A stretch of 64,000 nucleotides of DNA from Candidatus Iainarchaeum sp. GTDB taxonomy: Archaea; Iainarchaeota; Iainarchaeia; Iainarchaeales; DTGL01. Positions 9,097 to 16,949 of the stretch are shown piece after piece. Made by a program: the position numbers and the translations under genes. Below the pieces are notes generated by a model. The model ran no database searches, had not been told where the DNA came from, and worked only from the letters and a program-made list of their open reading frames with translations. The stretch spans positions 1-64,000 of the forward strand of contig JAOAJX010000006.1 of assembly GCA_026413945.1 (NCBI GenBank), written 5' to 3'. How positions within the stretch are numbered: position 1 is the stretch's first letter; each line of letters starts with the position of its first letter.

Positions 9097-11364
9097 ATGG
9101 TTCGTTTTGTTAGAAATAATTTTGTATTAAGCAGCTTGCTAATTCTTTTGGTTTTTTGCTCTTTTGCTTTTTCCGGAGCGCTTGTTTGGACTGACAAGGA
9201 GGATTATGCTCCTGGTGAAACCGTTATCATTTATGGATCTGGCTTTGAGCCAAATGCAGAAGTTCTTGTAAAGGTTATAAGGCCTGATGGCTCGGTTGTC
9301 AGCGGTGATGGAAGTTTCAGGCCCTGGCCTCAAAGCTATGATTATGCTACCGTTTCAGAAAACGGCGAGTTTGAGTTTTATTATATTCTAAATGGAATTC
9401 TCGGTAAATATATAGTTGAAATAATAGATGTTGAAACAGCAAATGTTTTAGCAACTACAAGTTTCACGGATGCGGTAAACACAACTACAACTTTGAATAG
9501 CATATCAACCCCCTTAAGTGCTGGCCAAACTGGCGTCGCATTTTCAGGCGCTGTTAAAGTTGGGGCTAGCAACATACCAAATAGAACTGTAGAGCTGCGC
9601 TATCTTTCTGGAACTAGTTGCCCTTCAGCTGGAAACAGAAAGAGCGCTGGCTCAGTGATTGCAACAGTTATTACAACTATAGCTGGCTTCAGTGGTACTT
9701 TTACCGCACCTGCAGCTGGCACATACCAATTTTGGGCATCGCACATTGGGGATTCATCATATCAGGATTCAGTGTCTAATTGTCAGCAAATTGTGGTTAA
9801 TCCAGCAGCAAAGCAGAACCAAACAATCACTGTTACACAAAATGCGCCATCAAGCGCTGTTTACAATACAAGCTTTAATGTTACTGCAACAGCAAGCTCT
9901 GGATTGCCTGTTGCAATAACAACAAGCGGCTCATGCAGCGGCTCTGGTTCAGGGTCAGCAGTAATAACAATGACAAGCGGCACTGGAACGTGCTATGTTT
10001 ATTATAACCAGGCAGGAAATGACAATTATCATCCAGCACCCCAGATAACTCAAACCGTAAACGCGCAAAAAGCAAATAGAACATGCACATTGGTTACAGA
10101 CAAGGAATGGACAAGAACATATGATGGCACTGAGTCAAATACAAGCTGCATCGTTTCAGCAGGAAGCAATGATGGAAGCATGGTCTTCACAAGAGGCTCC
10201 GAAATTGTCTCAAGCCCAGATAGCGTAACAAATGCTGGTGTTTATAATTATTCCTGCCAGTGGACTGAAGGAGCAAACTATAATGGCTGCCAAGCTCAAG
10301 AAAAAACATTAACAATAAACAAAGCCCTTCTAAGTGTTAAGGCGGAGGATAAGGAATTTGAGTATAGTGATCCTGTGCCGAAGCTGACTTATACCATAAC
10401 TGGTTTTGTTGACGGAGACACAATAGATGTTGTCAGCGGCGAAGCATCATGTACAACCACAGCAACCCAGTTTAGCCCATCAGGCACGTATCAAATAAAA
10501 TGCACTCAAGGAACTCTTTCAGCGACCAATTATTACTTTAACTTTGTTGATGGCACGATGACAGTGAAAAAGGAAAAAGTTGAAGTTGTATACACTGGCG
10601 ATACTTATGTTTTGACAGCTGGGCCAACAATCACGACAGCGGTTGTAACTTTGTCTGCACAACTTATTCAAGAAGATGACAGTTACCCAGGAGATTTGAG
10701 CTTGGCAACAGTAACCTTTATACTGAAGCCTGTTGGCGGAGGCTCTGATATTATAGTTCCAAAAATTCCAGTCAATTCTTCGGGTGTTGCTCTGACCACA
10801 AAGACCGTGGCTGTTGGAACATATGATGTTGTAGCAGTGGTTAGCAAAGACAATTTGTACTGGAAGACAAGCAAATGCGGCACGGGCAGCTTAAATGTTG
10901 TCCTTGGAAGCACCGAGCAAAGAGTCACTGGCGGTGGCTGGGTGCCTGATTCTTTGAGCCTGAATGGAAAGGATAACTTTGGCTTTACAGTGAACTATAA
11001 CAAGACAGGGGCGCCAAAAGGAAGCTTCCTGTTTATTTTCAGGGGAACTGACGGCTACGACTACAAGATTAAAAACAACAGCTGGGCAAAGGGCGGATTG
11101 TCCTTCACAAGCACCAATAGCGCCACATTCAGCGGCCAATGCACCTTACAGAAGATAAGCCAGGAAACCGGTGAAGTGGTTGAATCTTGGGGCAATTATA
11201 CTTTTATAGTACATGTGAAGGATGGAGATCTCACAAGCCCCAAAACTAAAGATACTATTGCCATAACAATCTTCAGCCCAGATAAGAAGATATGGAAGCA
11301 GTTAGGCACTAACACAAGCCAGATTGCACTCGGCGGTGGCAACATTACGGTGCACAGCAAGTAA
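9097..11364 (+). CDS. Secreted adhesin-like protein with MBG-like and Ig-like domains
   Basis: Signal peptide from ATG 9097; TDKEDYAPGETVIIYGSGF; ATASSGLPV..GTCYVYYNQAGNDNY; MBG-like TINKALLSVKAEDK..Y...P.LTY..TGFV.GD; C-terminal VTGGGW..FGF.V.Y..PKG..GGGNITVH; no TM anchor. Confidence 0.72.
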   Translation: MVRFVRNNFVLSSLLILLVFCSFAFSGALVWTDKEDYAPGETVIIYGSGFEPNAEVLVKVIRPDGSVVSGDGSFRPWPQSYDYATVSENGEFEFYYILNGILGKYIVEIIDVETANVLATTSFTDAVNTTTTLNSISTPLSAGQTGVAFSGAVKVGASNIPNRTVELRYLSGTSCPSAGNRKSAGSVIATVITTIAGFSGTFTAPAAGTYQFWASHIGDSSYQDSVSNCQQIVVNPAAKQNQTITVTQNAPSSAVYNTSFNVTATASSGLPVAITTSGSCSGSGSGSAVITMTSGTGTCYVYYNQAGNDNYHPAPQITQTVNAQKANRTCTLVTDKEWTRTYDGTESNTSCIVSAGSNDGSMVFTRGSEIVSSPDSVTNAGVYNYSCQWTEGANYNGCQAQEKTLTINKALLSVKAEDKEFEYSDPVPKLTYTITGFVDGDTIDVVSGEASCTTTATQFSPSGTYQIKCTQGTLSATNYYFNFVDGTMTVKKEKVEVVYTGDTYVLTAGPTITTAVVTLSAQLIQEDDSYPGDLSLATVTFILKPVGGGSDIIVPKIPVNSSGVALTTKTVAVGTYDVVAVVSKDNLYWKTSKCGTGSLNVVLGSTEQRVTGGGWVPDSLSLNGKDNFGFTVNYNKTGAPKGSFLFIFRGTDGYDYKIKNNSWAKGGLSFTSTNSATFSGQCTLQKISQETGEVVESWGNYTFIVHVKDGDLTSPKTKDTIAITIFSPDKKIWKQLGTNTSQIALGGGNITVHSK

Positions 11365-11401
11365 GTTGCAAGCAACTAAAAAAAGGTTTCCAAATTAAAT
11401 A

Positions 11402-11440
11402 AAGCCGGTTTGCCGGCTTCTTTTTTTTCTATTTTTTTTG
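11402..11440 (+). terminator. Hairpin + poly-T terminator
   Basis: AAGCCGG-TTTG-CCGGCTT (7-bp stem) followed by two T8 tracts, just downstream of the 11364 stop. Confidence 0.65.
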
Positions 11441-11924
11441 GCTATTTCCCGCACTTTGGAAAGCATTCACTAAAATGAGAAATGCCATTTCTTTTGGTGG
11501 AAGAGCAAAAAAGGATTTGTGGAAAAGCAGTGGTTCCTTATTTTTGAAGGGAAAATTTTTTGGATAAAAGGAAGCGAAGAAAACAAAAAAATTTGCTCTT
11601 GGCTATTGCTTGATTAGTGCTTTCCTGCCAAAATGCAACCCTTGTATTCCCAATCCGCAAATAAGAAAAAAGAGGCAGTCTTCCTCTGACTTTGGGCTGC
11701 TTATTCAGGAAAAAATTTTTTGGCTATTTTTTATCTCTCTTTTCCTCAAAAAAGCCGATGAAACACAGCAATGCTTTCAGAAAAGTATTTAAGAAGTATG
11801 CACGTTTGTAATTTAGTAAAAAATGCTTTGTATTAGCAACAGATAAAAATATATATAAGAAAAAACAAATAATAAGTAAAGAAAAAATTAATGTTCGTGT
11901 ATTTATGCTTGTGAGGTGGATGTG

Positions 11925-13571
11925 ATGTCTGGAGTTAATTTCTGTAAAAATTTAAAAATAAAGGGTGCGTTGTTTTTGCTGTTTTTAATTTTGCTCTCAG
12001 CAGGCGTAAGCGCTAATGGTGATGGGCCTATTTGTGGATTTACCAATCTGACCAAGTCATTTTATGGTCCCATTAGCTGGCCTGATGAGATAACAGGAAC
12101 AGCAAGCTATGGGAATAGCGGAGTTGATGAAGTCAGGATTGCAATATGCTACGACACTGATAGCTGCTGGGATGGTGATTCATGGGAAGAAGGCGTAAGC
12201 TGGGTTTCGGCAAATTACGAGGGTGGGACGTGGAGTTATTCAATAGAGCATGAAATATTTGAAAATGCATATCTTAATGGTGAGCAGATCAATGTAAGGG
12301 TAAAAGCAATTGTTGATGGCAACGGAAATATATGCAATCAATACAGCTTTACTTGGGATCAGGAAGGGCCCTCTGTGGAAATAAATTGGCTTAATGTGTA
12401 TTACGGCCCTCTTAGCTGGCCTGGTGAGATAACAGGAACAGCAAGCGATGAGCTTAGCGATGTTAACTTTGTAATAGTAACCTTGTGCTATACCGCTGGT
12501 GAAACTCAATACTGCTGGAATGGAAGTGAGTGGAGCGAGGGAGATCCAACACGGTTCTGTCCTGAATATGATGAGGAAAACGAAACGTGGGTTTTGGGAG
12601 ATATGGGTGCCAATACATTTGATGGCTTGGACGGTGTCCAGATTGATGTGAAAGTTTTTGCAGTTGACAAAGCTGGAAATGAATCGGAATGGGCTGAATA
12701 TAGCTTTACTTGGGATGAGACTGCGCCAAAGCTTATGGAAGAGGGAAGCATTTATCGCCATGGATACAAGGAATTGATATTGATCTTTGATGATAAGATA
12801 ATGGATATAGTTGACGAGACAAAGATTCTCGTCTCTTACGACCCTCAAGTAGAGGGCTTTGCGATTGACGAAGGCGACATATGCTTTAGCGGCTACGACT
12901 ACATTGTGTGCTACCTGAGCATAGTACACAGGGATCTTATACAAAGCTGGTATAACGAAGGCCACAGGACGCTTTACATCTTTGTTGGTGCTGGGGCTGT
13001 TCAAGACAAAGCAGGAAACCTAAATGAGGATACAAATACAACAATTGACGTATACTGGATTCCGAAAGCACAGGGAAGCTTAAATTTAGCCCAAGGGTGG
13101 AACTTCATCTCCATACCATTTAAGCTTGCAAACAACAGCTCGCAGGAAGTTCTTGGGCTAGAAGAAGGCGATGCAATCTACCACTACTACAACGGCACAT
13201 GGACACAGCCAACAGCATTGGAGCCGCTGAAAGGTTACCTGGTTTATAAGGCAACTCCGGGCACCAGGGAAACGATATACGATTACTCCTGCGGCATACA
13301 GGAAGTCCCGCCAAGCGTAACTGTTGCCGGAAATAAGTGGAATATGATTGGCCCAGACACACACAAGTGGGTATACATAGATAAATTCCTTGAAACCTCG
13401 AAGTACAATTACATAGGCGACAAGATCTTCACTTACAGCAACATACTTGGGACTTACATTAAAGAAACATACATAATGACTTCAGGAACCGGCTACTGGG
13501 TGTTTTTCAGGGCAACCGCAGTAGTGCCGGGATCGCCCTGCTACGATGAAGGAGAAGAATTGCCAGGTTAA
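11925..13571 (+). CDS. Acidic secreted/S-layer-like protein with two tandem Ig-like repeats
   Basis: ATG 11925 after GAGGTG; signal peptide; repeats (F/Y)YGP.SWP.EITGTAS...YSFTWD; AVDKAGN/VQDKAGN; C-terminal LAQGWNFISIP...WNMIG...GYWVF domain; D/E/W-rich. Confidence 0.75.
   Translation: MSGVNFCKNLKIKGALFLLFLILLSAGVSANGDGPICGFTNLTKSFYGPISWPDEITGTASYGNSGVDEVRIAICYDTDSCWDGDSWEEGVSWVSANYEGGTWSYSIEHEIFENAYLNGEQINVRVKAIVDGNGNICNQYSFTWDQEGPSVEINWLNVYYGPLSWPGEITGTASDELSDVNFVIVTLCYTAGETQYCWNGSEWSEGDPTRFCPEYDEENETWVLGDMGANTFDGLDGVQIDVKVFAVDKAGNESEWAEYSFTWDETAPKLMEEGSIYRHGYKELILIFDDKIMDIVDETKILVSYDPQVEGFAIDEGDICFSGYDYIVCYLSIVHRDLIQSWYNEGHRTLYIFVGAGAVQDKAGNLNEDTNTTIDVYWIPKAQGSLNLAQGWNFISIPFKLANNSSQEVLGLEEGDAIYHYYNGTWTQPTALEPLKGYLVYKATPGTRETIYDYSCGIQEVPPSVTVAGNKWNMIGPDTHKWVYIDKFLETSKYNYIGDKIFTYSNILGTYIKETYIMTSGTGYWVFFRATAVVPGSPCYDEGEELPG
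12073..12446 (+). repeat. Intragenic direct repeat marking a domain duplication
   Basis: 35-nt TTAGCTGGCCTG(A/G)TGAGATAACAGGAACAGCAAGC at 12073 and 12412 (one mismatch); a second shared block AATA(C/T)AGCTTTACTTGGGAT at 12340 and 12697. Confidence 0.8.
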
Positions 13572-13577
13572 AAAAAT

Positions 13578-13622
13578 GGCCCCGGAAGGGGCTTTTATTA
13601 CTTTTTTCTTTTTAATTTTTTT
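13578..13622 (+). terminator. Hairpin + T-rich terminator
   Basis: GCCCC-GGAA-GGGGC (GNRA loop) followed by long T-rich tracts right after the 13571 stop. Confidence 0.6.
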
Positions 13623-13673
13623 CTTGCAACTGTGCGATAGCTTTATTTAACTTTGGCAGTTTTTAGTGATATT

Positions 13674-15023
13674 ATGGTTAAAGCAGTTTTAAGACCTTTT
13701 ATTGCTTTTTTGCCATTATTTTTGCTTTTAATATTGATCTTAAACAATGTTGCCGCACAGGAAGGCGAGCTTCCTCTTATTCCGCATTCATTTTATGGAA
13801 CAGTGAAAATAAATGACCAAAACGCCCCTGCTGGCACTAAAATATATGTTTTTATAAATGGCGTATTGCGCGGTTCAATTGAAACAACTGAAAGCGGCTT
13901 TTATGGCAGATTTCCAAAGCTTGCAATAGACGGCACCTCTGCTGACAGGAACAAGCTCATTGTATTTTGCATTGGCGCTTTAAAAGCAAACCAAACTTCA
14001 CGCTGGCAGTCAGCAAAGGTGGAGCGCCTTAATCTCACAACCTCCGCTGAGAATTGCCCTTATAACCTAGAAGCAACGCCACAGCCGAGTCCGACACCAA
14101 CACCTACTTCAACAAGAACCCCAGCGCCAACAAGGACGCCTAATGATGATGGTGCTGGTGGCGGAGGCGGTAGCTCTGGAGGCAGCAGCGCTAGTGCAAG
14201 CCCAACTCAAACACAATCAGCCAAAACGCCGCAGGTTGCAGAAAAAATATTGTTGGAGGAAACAATTCATTGCAAAAAGCGCGATGACCTTGAAGGCTTT
14301 CTTGTTTTTGTAAAGAAGGAGCAAAGGAAAAAGAGCGCAATGGCACTCGATGGGCTTTTAAGGATTGAGAGGAAGATTGTGCTGAAGGAAATGAGCCAAG
14401 GAAACAAGAAATGGCTTAGGGCTGAAGTAATGCTTATAATTGAGAATGTGTCCGGCAGAAGAATTGAGAACTTGTTCCTAATTGAGGAAATCCCAAAGGA
14501 AATAGCAGAAAGCGCCGACTCGGTAAAAAGCAAAAGGAATTTTGCTGTTCTCATAAAAGACCCTGTGATTGAGTTTTATCTTGGAAGCATTGAAAATGCA
14601 GCCGTAATTTCTGTGCAGTATTATTCTGATATTGATTACAGCACAGATATTAATGAATTAAAGGCAGTTCTTACTGCAACGAAAGGGCCTGTTGCTTATG
14701 AAGTAAAAGAAAGCAAGGACTGCAATGATAATAATCCATGCACGATTGACGAATTTAAAGAAGAGATTGGCTCTTGCCAATACACTGTGCTTCCTGACGG
14801 GACAAAATGTGGAACTGGAAAAGAATGCAAGGCCGGCAAATGCACAGAAGTTAAAGAAACTAAGGCGCCTGTTGAAACGGAAATGCCTCTAGAAACGACT
14901 GCGGCTAAAGAAAAAGTCGTCCTGCAGGATTATTTATGGGTTATTTTTGCAGTTTTGGCAGCATTTTTTGTGGTAGGGATATCTATATTAATAAGAAGGT
15001 ACAATATAGTTAAAGAAAAATAA
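13674..15023 (+). CDS. Membrane-anchored surface protein with PT/Gly linker and Cys-rich module (paralog of 15070..16884)
   Basis: Signal peptide; PHSFYGTVKINDQNAPAGT domain; PTPT and GGGGGS linker; IEEIPKEIA..DPVIEF domain; DCNDNNPCTID (CTDC-like) module; C-terminal TM. Confidence 0.75.
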   Translation: MVKAVLRPFIAFLPLFLLLILILNNVAAQEGELPLIPHSFYGTVKINDQNAPAGTKIYVFINGVLRGSIETTESGFYGRFPKLAIDGTSADRNKLIVFCIGALKANQTSRWQSAKVERLNLTTSAENCPYNLEATPQPSPTPTPTSTRTPAPTRTPNDDGAGGGGGSSGGSSASASPTQTQSAKTPQVAEKILLEETIHCKKRDDLEGFLVFVKKEQRKKSAMALDGLLRIERKIVLKEMSQGNKKWLRAEVMLIIENVSGRRIENLFLIEEIPKEIAESADSVKSKRNFAVLIKDPVIEFYLGSIENAAVISVQYYSDIDYSTDINELKAVLTATKGPVAYEVKESKDCNDNNPCTIDEFKEEIGSCQYTVLPDGTKCGTGKECKAGKCTEVKETKAPVETEMPLETTAAKEKVVLQDYLWVIFAVLAAFFVVGISILIRRYNIVKEK

Positions 15024-15069
15024 TGGGAAATAGGTGGGAATAAAGATAAATGATTAGTAGGTGTTAATT

Positions 15070-16884
15070 ATGCGATCAAGTTTACTTTTAATGCTTATTA
15101 TTGTTTGTTCCTGTGTTTACGCCCAAACATGGTTTACTGGAAGCCTAAAGGTTAATGGCCAAAATGCGCCTGTTGGCACTACTCTTCAAGGCATAGTTGA
15201 AGGAATCATAGATGGAAGCGCCACTGTTTCGACTGCTGGAAAATACACCCTAATGGTGACAAATGACATGTGGGCAAACTATATCACATTTAGGATAAAA
15301 ACACCGCAGATGCTTAGCTATGCTGAGAAGACAATTCTTTTTGATCCAGAAGTTGATTTGCCTGAAGGCCTTGGCACAGAAGATGAGCCGTATGTTCTTG
15401 ATTTAGATTTTGAGGTAGAGTTGCCAACGCCAACTCCTACAGCTACGCCAAGCCCAACCCCAACGGTAAGCCCCTCGCCAACACCAAAGCCAACAAGGAC
15501 GCCAAAGCCAACTGCAACAAGAACACCAGGCGGTGGCCCTGGTGGTGGCGGAAGAGGTGGCGGAGGTGGAGCACCACCAACACTGACTCCCAGCCCTTTA
15601 AAGACAATCACACCTTTGGAAACACCGCCAAGACCGCCAAGAGATGAAAACAGAAATGTTATTTTCGAATCAACCTATGAATACAAGCCAACTGCTGAGG
15701 AAGTTGCAAGCATGCTTGCCAAGGCTGGCTATAGTCAAGAGTTTATAAACAGGGCTCTGAAACAGCTTAACTATATAAAGATTAAAAAGACGTTGAGAAT
15801 TGAAAAGATAACAAATGTAAATGGCAAGGTGAGTTATGAGAGCGTATATGTGATAAAGGTCACAAACATTTCAGATGACATTCTCTTTGGGGAAGTTATA
15901 ATTTCGGAATACATACCAAAAAACATAGCAAAAAAAGCCTCTGATATAAAGTCGGACATGAAATTTGAGATAGTACAGGAAGACCCCGTAATTCAGTGGC
16001 TCGTTAAGGAGCTTGGGCCTTGGGAGTCGGTAACGATTGAATATAAGGTAATTGGCCAACTTGCACCTGAGAACCTCGCTGAAACAAAGACATTTTTCCA
16101 AGCAACCAATGAAAGCAAGGTTGTTGGCTTGGCAAAGCTTATAGTTAATGTAAAAGATCCCGAAGGAAGGCTGATTGAAGGCAAATTCAATGTTTCTGTT
16201 TATGATAAAGCTGGCAATAAGGTAAAAGAAGGAACAACTGAAAAAGGCAGGATTGTATTTTCCCTTAGTGCTGGAACATACAAAATAGAAGTAGCTGAAA
16301 GCCAAAGCTATGTAAAAGGCACAGCTGAAGTAAAGCTTAAGGCTGGTGAAACAAAAAGTGTTGATGTAAAAGTTGCTTTGAAAACCACTCCAAGGCCAAC
16401 TGGAACAGTAGCACCTACACCTAAGCCATACAGCCCCGAGCTTTTGCTCCTTATAATAATAATCTGCCTTGTTGTATTCTTGTTATACTACTTTATAACA
16501 AAGAGACATGAAAAGCCAAGGGCAAAGGAAAGACTAAGAGAGGAAAAAGAATCTGAGGAAAGAGGGGCAGCACCTGCTGTTGTGACAGCAGAAAAGGAAA
16601 AACCTGAGGAAAAGAAAATTGAGCCCGAGAAAAGGGCGCGCATTAAGAGACCTAAAAGAAAGCCAAAAAGGCCAGAACATAAGGAAAAAGTGAAAGAAGA
16701 GGGCAAGTTCAAAGAGCCAATTGAATACGCAAAGGAAGAAAAGCCGAAAGAAGAGCCAAAAGCGCCTGCAGAAACTAAGGAAGAGCCTAAGCAAACAGAG
16801 CAAAAGGAAGAGAAGAAAGAAGAACAACCGCAGGAACAAACTGACAAAAAGGAAGAGAGTGCAGAAGACAGCATAGTCGGCTAA
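15070..16884 (+). CDS. Membrane-anchored surface protein with PT/Gly linker and long charged cytoplasmic tail
   Basis: Signal peptide; FTGSLKVNGQNAPVGT; (PT)n and poly-G; ISEYIPKNIA..DPVIQW domain; carboxypeptidase-regulatory-like domain; TM; E/K/P-rich tail of about 125 aa. Confidence 0.78.
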   Translation: MRSSLLLMLIIVCSCVYAQTWFTGSLKVNGQNAPVGTTLQGIVEGIIDGSATVSTAGKYTLMVTNDMWANYITFRIKTPQMLSYAEKTILFDPEVDLPEGLGTEDEPYVLDLDFEVELPTPTPTATPSPTPTVSPSPTPKPTRTPKPTATRTPGGGPGGGGRGGGGGAPPTLTPSPLKTITPLETPPRPPRDENRNVIFESTYEYKPTAEEVASMLAKAGYSQEFINRALKQLNYIKIKKTLRIEKITNVNGKVSYESVYVIKVTNISDDILFGEVIISEYIPKNIAKKASDIKSDMKFEIVQEDPVIQWLVKELGPWESVTIEYKVIGQLAPENLAETKTFFQATNESKVVGLAKLIVNVKDPEGRLIEGKFNVSVYDKAGNKVKEGTTEKGRIVFSLSAGTYKIEVAESQSYVKGTAEVKLKAGETKSVDVKVALKTTPRPTGTVAPTPKPYSPELLLLIIIICLVVFLLYYFITKRHEKPRAKERLREEKESEERGAAPAVVTAEKEKPEEKKIEPEKRARIKRPKRKPKRPEHKEKVKEEGKFKEPIEYAKEEKPKEEPKAPAETKEEPKQTEQKEEKKEEQPQEQTDKKEESAEDSIVG

Positions 16885-16949
16885 AGACTTCTAATTTACT
16901 TTTTTAAACCTTACCTTGCAGCATTAATTATAGCTGCTAAGGGGTTGGG

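Noticed and set aside
11610-11792. 60-aa ORF in the intergenic gap
   Set aside because: TTG start, no RBS, low-complexity AT-driven sequence and no recognisable motif.
12240-13364. Long antisense ORFs (e.g. 254 aa at 12240..13004) and the many similar short antisense ORFs across the window
   Set aside because: They are shadows of well-supported sense genes, with no motifs or translation signals.
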